From Hyphochytrium catenoides (Eukaryota > Protista > Hyphochytriomycota), in contig FLMG01001958.1 in the NCBI GenBank assembly GCA_900088475.1, forward strand, positions 1-53,891: a stretch of 53,891 nt of DNA, written 5' to 3'. Shown piece after piece: positions 33,901-45,600 of the stretch; positions within the stretch are counted from its first letter, which is position 1, and the number at the start of each line of letters is the position of its first letter. The notes below the pieces were generated by a model. That model did no database searches. It saw only the letters and a program-made list of their open reading frames with translations, and had not been told where the DNA came from. A program made the position numbers and the translations under genes.

Positions 33901-36900
33901 AGTATGGCGAGATCTTACTTGAGTTGCCGGTTCCGAAAGTCAAACATTATTGCCTAAGAAGGGAAACAGCTACTTAGATACCCCACGGAGGAAAGGAAGC
34001 GCGAAGGAAGAGACACAGCAAGTTGGACGGACGAGAACTAGAGAGGCATCCTGGAGATTGGATGAATCATGGAAAAAACGGGTAAAGGACGATCCCGATC
34101 CCGTGGAGTGGGCGGCATACCTCCACCCCTTGGTCTAGAACACCCTGAGACGGATTTTCCAACTGCAGGTTATTGGCAAGCCGAACAGTCTTCAAGGCCT
34201 TCAACTTCACAAACGAGTCAGGCAACGTGCGTAAATCGTTGCTGCTAAGATCTAGGAAGCTGAGGGAGGCAAGCTCCCCAACACTTGGAGGGAGGGTCTG
34301 AAGGCGGTTTTCCCGAAGATTAAGGCTACATAACGACATAGGTAATGGATAGGACCAATGACGTGGTCACGTATGAGCAAGCAACCTTGCATCTTTTGAG
34401 AGCAAGCTGGCCAATTTGAACAACGTGCCAAAGGCTAAATCACTATCAGAAATCTGGACTTTGAATAGCAGCTGCACCACGGCTTGTGAAACGCTAAAAA
34501 GGTAGTTCGAAGTGGTAAGACACTTAGTTATTTGGAGACGTCAGCACTCGAGTAACAGATCTTCACGAAGACAGGCTCTAGGACGGTGAACCAGGCTATG
34601 GAGACGGCTAGGTAACCTTTCAAGTCTGGCGAGACAACCCACTTCATCTGGTAAAGCCACCAAGTGATTTCCTCCTAGCAAAAGAGAGCTGATAGCCTTC
34701 AGATGACAAAGTGACGGGGGCAGGGCATACAAACGGTTGTATTCCACCTCCAACGTCTTTAGATGCCTCAGACTCCCCTAGAAAAGGTCATTTACATGGG
34801 GCGAAGTGCAGTGTCAAAAAAATGGCAAGCTTGAGCTGTGTCGAAGGAGAGAGATAGAGAGTAACAGAAGCCGGAGAGTTATGGCGGTCGTGACATGACC
34901 AGAGCCTTAGCAAAAAGGAAACAGAGAGATTCATAGTCCTGTTGAATTGACAAGTAGGAGTGAGGGAGGAGTCATACAATGCTCTCCGGCAAGGATATAA
35001 GGTCGTTCCTGCTAGCGTTCAAATACGTTAAGCTATCAAGCTCTCCGATACGGTCCAGCTCTGGGGGCAGGCTGAGAGGCAGATGCCAGAGTTCAGTGGG
35101 AGCAAGGCACTCTCAAATCCGAAGAGCTAGCCCCATTGAGAGGAAAGATAAAACGAAGAACTAGCGAAAATGGAAGAGTGGGAGTGGTTGAGGACCATAA
35201 AGGACACACGAACAGGAGAGAGAAGATGGATCTGAAGCGAAGGGGAAGAAGAAGGGAGAACGTAGAAGCAGCTTCGAAGGCATTTCCACTTCCACCTTAG
35301 TAACGCTTCTCCGGTTGTCATGTTTCTATATACCGGCTTCCCTTCTTCGCTGTTGACTTCCCATCTGATGGCGCTTGCCTTCTGCTTGTTCAGTACAAAG
35401 AAGAGAGAGTCAGCCAAAGAAGGAGATGACGCCATGGAAGGGCAGAGACCTTGCGACGAGCGGCAAACAAGACCGCTGCTAGTTAAGGATGGACACCGAG
35501 AAAGGTAAGCGCACCGAGAGTAAGTCTACTGAAATTGGAACCAAAGCGATGAGCAAAAAGTATGACCCCTTTTGGTCTGAGAAGGAGGTTAGCACCTTTT
35601 CTTCGTTTCCTCCAGTGTTTGGGTCCGAAGATGGAGGCGGGGATCGTCGGATCTCTTTTGTCCAAACATTGTAGTACACTTTCTGTCCGTTTTCGTCTGT
35701 CATTTCTTGCCAATGATGATTCGCCACCCTTGTGCTCTCAGAACTCTGGAGGCTGTGTCCGTCCTCAGAGCGTTCTTTGTTTAATAGGGGACTATCCCCT
35801 TCCCTCTCTTTCACATCCATCACGGACCCGACCGGCAGAGTACAGAGAGAAATAAGTTTGTTCTGACTCACGTCTAAGCAGGTGAGCGCTACGTAACGGT
35901 GGATGCCTGCAGAGTTAAGGACATTGTGCCGAGCGTTAAGGCCTAAGACCTAAAGCCAGAGAGTGCACAGGGCCAAAGAATAACAGCGATGCAACTAAAA
36001 GAACAGATGATGGCTACGTCTCTAGAGACGGTAGAGAGTCCAGCCAGGGAGGAAGAGCCAAGAAGAGGAGAATAGGATAAGGTGAAGGTCCCGCAACTCC
36101 GTGACCGAAGAGGGTGGTTGCACTGTAGGAAACGCCCGAGTACCTAGAGGAAGAGTCACCAATTGATTGGCAGACAGATTGAGCTCCGTAAGGGACTTCA
36201 ACCCGGACCAGGCAGGGACCTCCTTCAGCCTATTGCACTGAAGCTTGACAATGCATAGCGAAGGTGGTAGCTGCTCAACCGTAACCAATTCGTTGTTGGA
36301 GACATCCAGTGTTTGCAGCCATCTGAGCCTATAGGAAAAATAAAAATTAAACGAGGACGTTAGACAGGACGGCGCGAGGAGGGAAGTGGAAAGAGTTAGG
36401 AAGCACGAGGGATAAAGCCAATAGCGACGAGGGCCAAGAAGAGGAAGCAGGGAGTCGGAGACTAATACTGACTGAAAAAGGAAGAGTGCTTCTCTGTTTT
36501 TGCTAGGCCATAACAGACAGAAAAAAGTGAGCTTTCTCCTCTTCGAAGAAGTGAGTGTCACGTCACCTTTGTATCTGGGAATGTAGTTGCTTCAACTTAT
36601 TGGCACTAACGTTCAAAATGCGAAGGGCTGGGAAGTGGTAAAAGAGTTCTCCCGGGAGCTCTGTGAGGAAGTTCTCTTGGGCAGCCAACTCCGAGAGAAA
36701 AGGAGAGATCTGTTTGGCGATGATGCTGTCAGCTCGCAGCCGGGTTGATTGGTAACCGCCGGAAAGAGAAGAAGGGGGAAGAAGAGAGAGCAGATGACCA
36801 TGGGACTGACCTGAACGAACAGCGTCCGAAAGAGCTGCCGTGGAAAAGTAAACAGTCCCAAGGAGGTCAGAACCAACTTGCCCGAGGACAAAGAAGAGTA

Positions 36901-37863
36901 GAGCCCTGTCAGAACTCGATCTCTTTCTTCTGCTGAATCTCCTCTTCTCCGGTGTCCAGGCAATGGTCGCGTTCCCGCCGTTCCGTGCTGTTGTTTACCT
37001 GCCTTGCTGCTTCTCCGCTGGATCACATCGTACATAGTATTCACCTTGACAGAACCGGACGCGGGTAGCCTAGGGTTTCATAGAGTTAGTTTAGGCGATG
37101 GAAATTCCCCGAAAGCGGAGGGACAAAGGACAGAGAAACAACAAGGAAAGATGTTAAGAAGGCCAAAGGCGCCTTATTACTCTTTCTCCGCATAGATACG
37201 TGTCTGCTTGTTCAGAGCCCGGAGGTACTGCATCTTCTCCTCTTGCAGAATTTCTTCTCTCTGTGCCCTGGCCTTGCTCTCCTTCAACTGTCTCCGCGCT
37301 TCTGCGTAACTCTTGGTCTCCTTTACAGCGTCCGCGAAACTGGGAGAGGACGGTGGAACTTTCACTGCTCTGACATCCCTCCCCTCGGTAAAGCCTTTCT
37401 TCTGTACGGAGATAACTGGAGAGAGAGACTCGTAACCCTGTGTATCCTCTATCATGATATTGGTATCCTGAGTAGTGGACGGCTCCACTACGACAATCGT
37501 TCCCGGCTGCTCATTGTTCCCTGCCGGCATTACCTTGTTATACGCTGCAGCGATTTGCTTCGTCCCATGGCTCAGAGCTCTACCTTCTACTCTTTTCCTT
37601 TCATGCGCAGGGCTATCCCTACTTCCATCAACTCCCTTCGAGTGGTCCCTTCCAGGAGATGGAGAGGAGTTGCTGTGTGGATTAGGGCAAGCGGGAGTAG
37701 GTGCCAAACGGGAGAGACCGGGGACGTTTTCTTTTCGGTGGTAATCCAAAGAAGCATCATAGGGGCGTAACAAGATCTCAGCCTTCCTTGGGTCGAGACT
37801 TCCGTCTGCACCAGGAGACAAAGAAGAAGAAGAATGTCGACCACTTCTTGGGGACGACGTCAT
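27912..37863 (-). CDS. Large leucine-rich-repeat protein with two embedded WW-like domains, an uncharacterised C-terminal region and an acidic tail (~30 exons)
   Basis: Many LxxLxLxxNxLxxLP exons between 31400 and 36900. Two cap-like motifs (LENPSQGVLDQGVEAI; GNPLRNPPPEVMNEGIITIARYL). Exon 31264-31179 splices in phase to 30981-30754, linking the LRRs to exons down to the E/D-rich end at 27912. The ATG at 37863 has an upstream in-frame stop. A few internal junctions (~35400-36140) are unresolved. Confidence 0.8.
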
Positions 37864-38389
37864 GGCTCCTCCTCTATCTTGGCCTCAACCTTGTCTCTCT
37901 CCTCTTGTATGTCTGAAGCACTCATCAGCAAGTGGTTTGTTGTTGGCCCGGGAGAGTCAGCTTGCCTCTTCCTCGTTCTTCTGGCATGGTGTCGATCAAC
38001 ATAGGTAGGAAGATGGCCATCCTCTTCCTGATGGCTCTTCTACAATCCCTCACATCCTGTTGGACTCCTCGCTAGCGCCTTGTTGTCTGCAGCTATTGCT
38101 CCTTAGTGATGACGAGCTGCGGGAGTCGAGGACCACCCAGACAGCGCCGTAGTCGAGCTCTTCCAACCAAGAGACAAAGTACCTTAGAGGATAGTAGGGA
38201 AGGCTCGGCCGCGCGCACGGTGGAAGAAGGCTAAACTGTTTGCCGTAGGATGTTAGAGTATAAGAGAGGGCGAGGAAGACGAGCAGAAGGCTGCAACATG
38301 AGTTAGTGCTGCTTTGGTGAGAAGGAAGAGAAGGGAAGACTGAACAGACATCAATCAAGATGAGGAGGAGGAAGGGGAAGAGGGAGTGA

Positions 38390-38535
38390 AACAGAGAGAG
38401 ATAGAGAGAGATAAAGAGAGTGAGACAGAGAGAGTGAGAAAAGAGTTGAGAAAAAGGGAGAGAGAGGGGGAGAAAAGGAGTGAGACAGAGAGAGAGAGTG
38501 AGAGAGAAAGGGAGAGAGAGAGAGACAGAGAGAGA
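38390..38535. repeat. Imperfect (GA)n tract
   Basis: Directly visible, upstream of the LRR gene start. Confidence 0.9.
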
Positions 38536-39464
38536 TGGAAGAAAGTAGGGAGGGCCTAAAGAGGAGGGACACACTGTTAAAAACAAAAGCAAAACGGAAA
38601 CACAACAAACCATTCCCTCATAGGGGTCACAGAAACACAAAACCCCCATCACTGTAATTGTACCCCTCTCACCAAGGGACATCCCAGGGAGGTGAGAGGG
38701 CACTATCAGAAGTAAAGGAGATTGTGAGCCAAGTGCGAAGCATTCGCCCCGTGAAGGCTCTGGTTCCAGGCGTCATCATAAGGTACCGATGCCGTGTCGA
38801 CTCCTTCTCCTTCTTCTTCATCCTGTGTTAGCCGCGGGCTATGATATGGTGGCGGTCTGGACAAGAAGCTTTCACTCGCAGCAGGTCGGAAGATGGGGGC
38901 AGTGAAGTGACTGGCGGTTATCGTCTGCCCCCCGCCAACCACCATTTGTCTTCAATCCACTCATCAGCAGCTGTTCCGCACTTATCAGACCATCATCGAT
39001 CAGCACGGCCATCGCTGAGGTTTAACAAGGGATGGTAGCGAGAGAGCGAGCAGAAGGAGTCTTCTTGCTGCTGTTGTAAGTAGGACCATAGACAAGACTA
39101 TCATACCCTCAGAAGTAGACACGACATCTATCCGGCGGACCGGCATCGTCAAAGTCTACCTCGGCTGTTGAACGAATATTATCCATTCCAGCCAAAAGGA
39201 GTGTAAACAAGAGCGTGCTGCTGCTGCAATGGCAACACCTCCTTCGGTCAAGGTAAGAAGCGCTGATTAGCAGCAGTATCGCGAAAGCGACGATGAAGCC
39301 AAGGAGAGGGGAGCATGGAAAGGAATTAGAGTGGGCGAGTGAGAAATATGTAGCGCTAAGTGCTACGTGAAAGGCTTAGCAGGAATAGAAGAACAAGGTT
39401 ATGATAAATAAATAGTAGTAGCACATCGACTAAATGAATGACTTGACCAGCTCATGGATGTCCC

Positions 39465-40021
39465 CTATTGACGCTCAAGCTTCGAGCGGATGAACTGCAG
39501 GAAAGCCAAGAGCTCCTCTAGGGTCTTGTTGCCAAGCGCCGAGAGATCGTTACAGCTCTTGAGGTAGAGGAGCTCTTGGCGCAGCTTCTCCTGGGTCCTG
39601 GCAGCTTGCTGGGCGGGTACATAGCCTAATGGAAAGGTTGTTTCATGTTAAACCACGACATTTTGTATCTGAGATGACGGGCGCTGACCTTGCTTCAGAG
39701 TCGTCTCATATTGACTTGAAAGTGCTTCATAACGGGCCTGTGAGGTCAAAATATTGTATGTCCGATTGTGGCGGGTTATTAGCAAAGCCGCTCTACCAGT
39801 GAAGAGAGGAATTGACGTACGATGCAAGAGCCCTAAGAAACGAAATGAACGATTGAGTGGGTGAGCTCTCAACAGGGGCAGGCACGTGGTGTAAGTTTGT
39901 GAGCGGCTCATACCAGACAGCGAAGGAGCGACTCTCTATCATCGGGCGTCGGAACTGGGATATCCCTAGAAACAATCTCCTCAATGATGTCCTGGTAATC
40001 CGCTTTCCCTCTGCGGGCCAT
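39465..40021 (-). CDS. Small helical/coiled-coil protein, ~105 aa, 3 exons (may extend 5')
   Basis: Exons 40021-39914, 39737-39689, 39625-39465 with GT-AG and consistent phases (318 nt): MARRGKADYQDIIEE..ARYEALSSQYETTLKQG..QEKLRQELLYLKSCNDLSALGNKTLEELLAFLQFIRSKLERQ*. Confidence 0.65.
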
Positions 40022-40937
40022 CGCCTTTGAACTTCGCTCCTTACAACGCTCAAATGCTACTCTCTTTGACACCGTTCTTCCAAGTGAGGAAGGAGGAAAA
40101 GTGGTAGTACTACCGATAATACGTGGGCCGTGCTACCTTTCAGAGATTGAAGTTTCGGAACCACTTCTTCTGGTCTGGATGTGCCCTGGGCCTTAGGAGG
40201 TCTTGCATACTACGCCCGTCACTGTCATATTCGCGTTTGAAGTGCATGATCATAATGGTGCTCGGGCCATCTGCATCTGCCGTAGCGGCCCACAACAGAA
40301 ACAGCAGCCAGCATGAGGAGGCAGCGGCAGGAGGAGGAGGAGGAGGAACAGCAGCTTGGCTATCGTCTATGAAGATCCCATCATCAACTCACCATCACTC
40401 ATCTGTAGTAGTCGTACTGCTCTGTACACAATCGTAGCTCAATTGCCCTTTAGAACTAGCACGGTTAATTCCATGCTTACTCCAGAATAATCGCACTAAA
40501 CTCACAATTATATGGAACGAGGGCTACTACGGTAGTACCATCCAGAACGTGAAGGCAAGAGAAGGCGGATGGAGGAGAGCCGAAGGTTGGAGCCCAAGCA
40601 GCCTCATCAAGCAAGGCGAAGGCGAAGGCGAAGGGACTGCAGGCTAGAGACAGGGAAGACTCATCACCTTTCGAAGCGGCTCACATCGGTTCCGCGTGCT
40701 CTGCTGCTGCTGGTTCTCTTCAGCTGTTGGAAGAGAAGGTGAGAGAGCCTCCTTTTTTAATGAGGTGCGAAGGCGACTGGGGAGCACCTGCAAGCGGAAC
40801 GTAGCTTGTATAAGTGTTGGACCAGCAGGGGGAGTGCTTGCGGACATTGCGTGCCCGAGTTACTTCTTTTGTCGCACTACTTCTGACCTTATACAGTGCT
40901 GCGGGACCTCTAGAGTCTGCTAGGAGACCACCTCAAT

Positions 40938-42423
40938 ATGTCCGGCTTACGGCTTGTGAGCGCTGCTCGGACACAAGCTAGCCGAAGCCTGGTCTCTGGC
41001 TTCTCGGCTGTACACGAGAGTACCAGCTATCAGGTAGGCCAAAGGAAGGACCCCATCCAGCTAGGAAGAGTGGCTCACAACAGGCAGTCCCTTTGAGATA
41101 AAGTCTACAAAGATAGCACTGGGCTTGGGGGAAGGCTCAGTAGTACGTAGTGTGTTTAACAAATGACTAATAACCAAGACAGAATATAGAGAGAGGGACA
41201 GAGAGAGAGAAGGCAGGAGCGGAGGAACGACTGCCTAACACATGGGTCCATACTGACCTTGATTCTTAAGGTCCGTCATTTCCAAGCAAAGACCACGAAG
41301 AAGAAGAAGAAGGCGTCGACTGGTGGAGGTTCCCTCTATTCTGCTGAGGATTACGACATCATGGTCAGGGCCTTGGAAGGAAAGAAGAAGGACTTGTAAG
41401 CCATACATGGAAGTCGGGGGCATTCCTTGATTAAGGCGCTATCGCAACGCATTGTCTCTTTCTCTCTCCGTCGCCGTCTCTCTCTTTTCCTCTCATCCTC
41501 TCTGCTTTCCTTGGTACACTCATGATTTACTTCCTTGAACCATGTTTTCTTTTCTGCCCTCTCATTTCTGTCGCCTCCCCTCCATTCTCTTTCCGCAGCC
41601 CCACGCTATCTGAAGAGGAGATAGCCCGCGAAAAGCAGATTAGAGAGACGTACAACCGAGAGTATCAAAAGCGCGACCGAGAGATGCGAAAGCAGATCCA
41701 GCTTCAGATCCATTTGAAGGTAGTAAGGCATCTAACTTTTTATACAATGACGGGGAGGTTTGCTAGGGGACAGCACATTAGCATGCCACATTTTGAATCA
41801 GGACAGAGTCAGGGGAACGAGAGGAAAACAGAGAGACAAACATTGTGTAAGGAAAGGGTGATGTGATGCGTCTTCTTCTGGGGAATTCGGAGCTAGCGCC
41901 GCCATGTCAGACAGACGAGAGATGGCCTAACGGATGGTGGGATATACTTTATCGTTCTCCTCTTGACTGTCTTTTTGCTCTCATCAGTGGGCCGCGATTC
42001 TACGCCTTCCTACGGAGGAAATGAAAGCGGAAGCTGTTGAGCCTGACTATGTCCCAGTGCCTGCATCACTGTAAGTTCATTGGCCATCTGCTTTCCCATA
42101 GACCCGTCACCGGTCGTGATGGCATCAACGTATAGATAGCCTTTCAGTCCTATTGTCGTGACCTACTGTGCTTAGAAATCACCATATTTGATTGTTCTTT
42201 TGACTGTTGTCTAACCCCGTATGCTTTCTTGGCCGGCCCTACCCACACCAGGAAACCACCTCGTGCTACACCATTGACAGCTGAGGAGAGGGCCGCGAGA
42301 AAGAAGGAGACTGCCCAGAGTAGAGAGCAAATGGAGGCAGAGATGCGGAGAATCTTAAGACAGAGAGAGAGAGATGCTCGAAAGGCCGCTCATGAGGCAA
42401 AAAAATTAGAGAGGAAGGCCTAA
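40938..42423 (+). CDS. Probable mitochondrial ribosomal protein mL40 (MRP-L28/L40 family), 198 aa, 5 exons
   Basis: Exons 40938-41033, 41271-41395, 41599-41719, 41988-42070, 42252-42423 (597 nt). R/S/A-rich transit-peptide-like N-terminus and a poly-K patch. PTLSEEEIAREKQIRETYNREY..WAAILRLPTEEMKAEAVEPD..PRATP matches the mL40 pattern as recalled. Gene model strong, family call moderate. Confidence 0.65.
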
Positions 42424-42690
42424 AAACGGGAGAAAACCAACGATGACCGGGCCGGTGTATGGCTGTGCCTCATCAGACACAGAGACAATTTGATTAGTCT
42501 TTAGATGGATTGCGGAAGAGCAGTCTGCTTCGACATTCACCACCTTCAGTCTTCAGCACTAGCAGAATTGTACAGCCATATAGTTCACAGGTGAGGCAGC
42601 TAAGCTGCAACGCCATGGCAGCGGCGCCATGAAGATATCAACATTAATATACAGTGTCAACACTTGCCGATAGAAGAGAAAGGCTCTCTT

Positions 42691-45600
42691 CTAGCCCAGT
42701 CGGGCAGGTAGAGGTAAATCGTAAGACTCCTTGTCTGATCCTTGTGAGGAAGGAGTTGGTAAATCCTCACTCTTTTGCTCCATGGTGGGAGGACAAATGA
42801 AAAGCGTGCGGACTAAGTCTTCCCCTTCTTGCGACTTCTCTTCGCACCGTATATCCGCACTTTGCGAGCAACGACTCTGTGCCCTATCTTGACATTCTCT
42901 CCGCTTGGAGTACCAATGGAGGATATTCCTAGGGAGGAGGATTTTTTAAGCACCATACAATGGTGGGCGCAAAGAAAGCAAATTAACGCGACGGCGAGGG
43001 CAATGCCTCGACGGACGAGATGGTCGTTCACCCTTCTCCATACGCCTGGAGTCAAAGAGGCCTAGACTAGAAGAAAGCCCACCAATCACGCCAGCTTGGC
43101 CATACCTTTGGATCACCAAGGAGGCCTGCAACTGCCTTTTCATCTGCTTAAAATGCTTTCTTTCTAGCACCCCTCTAGTGGCCGCTTGGAACTTAATGGT
43201 GGCGTGACGCGTGTGGAGGAAGTTTTTGCGAGCGAGCATTGAGCGTGTTGCGGCCTGGACAGTGACCACAGCTCTGGACATGAAGCAAGTGAGTGAGAAC
43301 GCGCAAAGAAACAAGGAAGAATAAGGTATCGACAGAGTGAAAGCGACAACATGACTGGGACCTAAACCGTGGAACGGTGTGCAAGTTCAACCACCTTGAG
43401 TATTGTCTAGTTAGCAAAGACGTAAACACGGAACTACTAAAAGCAAGAAGCACATTAAAGGAAGCTTGGGTTATCCGTACTCCGGACGCTAGAGAGTCAA
43501 AGTAAAAAGAGAGAAGCCGAAGTGGTAACACACCGTTCAAAATCCATCATATTCTGTTCCTGCGCGAGAATATTCCTGGTGGTGGCCTGCAGCTTGGTTG
43601 TCGCCTCTCGCATTGTCTTATAGTTTCTCCGTAGTAACCACGCCCTGACAGTGCATCGAGCTCAACAAGTGAGAAAAGGAAGAACAGGAGCCTCGCGGTT
43701 GTCTAAACTGCAAATTGACGCGAGACATTGAGTGCTAATAGCAAAAGGAGACCTGACAAGCCCTCTACCACTTTGGAAGATAAGACCAGGTGAAAGGATA
43801 ATGAAGTCCACACCTAACGTTATGCTGTATGATACGAGCCTCCTCCTCAAGTTTTTGGAGCTCTTCCGGACCCATGAGCTTCATGGCAGCGGTCAAATCT
43901 GTCATTGACCCATCCTCTTTGTCCGTTGCTATGACACTAGAGGCCATCTTAGGTGTGAGAAGGAGAGCAACCTCAAGGTGTAGGAAGGGATAATCGTAAA
44001 AAGGAGAAACCGTAGCTTTACGGCTTTACAATGTGAGAAACATAGTCGACACCTAAAAGGAGGGACAGTTCACGTTTTCCGAGAGGGAAGGAAGCAGCTG
44101 CGGATGGGGACCTCCCACTATCACTTACCTCACAATATCAGCCTCACACAGTTCAGAACCGGCATCACTGAATATATCATTGGCGTTCTCCAGCTTCGTA
44201 TCTCCATTGTTGCACCCATCTCGCGCTATGCCCAGTCCAAGAGACAGTGCGCACTTGTCATGCAAGCTCATCATTGAAAAAGCCTCAAGAAGCAGCTGGC
44301 GGTTGTAGTTTTTGGTATCAGGAGTTCCAGCTGAAGAGTTTTTATTATCAGCTCCAGGGATCCCAGAGAATCTTGGTACGCAACCAGAGCTGGATGACTG
44401 TCGAGACTATATCGAGAATGGAGAGAGTCGGTGGGCCGCACAGACCACGAGAAGGGGAACATTCCACAGCTACCTTATCCAGTCCCTCATCGGAATATAC
44501 AACAGTAGGATCGTTTGTGCCGCTTTCTCGCTGCTGGCTGGAAAGGAACCGCGGTACAGTTTGAGGCCCAGCTTCCCGCCAAGTCCTAAGAAAATAAGTC
44601 AGAGTGAACTCTATTTAAAAACTGTGACCGGTGAAGGTGCAGACTGCAGCGATAGTATAAACAGGAGAATGACTCTAAAGGACGGACGCGAGGAGCATCA
44701 ATCTCTGCCCTGACCACGTAAACTTATGGCGTTCTTGAGATGGCAAGGGTTGCAGAGTGGCAGCAGAAGGAATAGCAGACAAGGCACACAGCAGTAGAGG
44801 GTAGCTCAGCTTGGAAGTAGTCGGCAAGGCAACCTTGTCAGGTGACATACTACTAAGAATGTGGCGATTTACCTCGGGCTTAATACCCATGGGAACTTTT
44901 TAAGGATCTGATGTTTCATCGGAGACGAAGAGACCCACGACTCTGAATCAATAAACCTTTCAGGAGTGGAGGGTAGCGCTTCATCAATCCGGCTTAAACC
45001 TGACGGGGACGAAGAAGAAGACGATCCATAGCTCTCTTGGGCGCCGTCATAGAGGCGGCGGGAGGCTGGCGACGGCCTTAGGGTACGTGGCCTTAGCCAC
45101 GAAAAGATCTCCCGCTCATTGTTTATAGCAGCTCTATGGAAAGAGGAATAGAAAGTATGTGAGATCCCAGATAGCGAGGTAGAGGTAGAAGCAGAAAATG
45201 ACCTGAGAATGAACATCAAATTGAAAAGCACAAATAGGCAAGACATGCTATTGAATCAAACCACTTTGAGAATGCCGCGACTGGTAGAAAACCCACGAGA
45301 GACAAGCAGTACCTATCAGCAGCGGTCAACCCATCTGCGTCTTCCATGTTAGGGTCTGCCCCATCAGCCATTAGCTGCTTGACAATATCGAGATGTCCAC
45401 TGCCCGCAGCCTGCATAATGTGTCAGCAATCAGGGTCAGTCACTAGTAATAGACCAATGGAGAGCGACCAGGTCGTGATTGATGACCCCGATGAAAGCCA
45501 AACGTGGAGACCTGACGCTGACATAGCAGGAGAGATTACGCTTACGTGTAGCAAGCTATAGCGCGCATTATGGTATCTACTGAACTAAGGCTGAAAACCA

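Noticed and set aside
42813-43055. ORF-track frame as the last CAMTA exon
   Set aside because: The phase-2 donor fits the acceptor at 42929 in another frame (IQR|NILHWY), ending at 42691.
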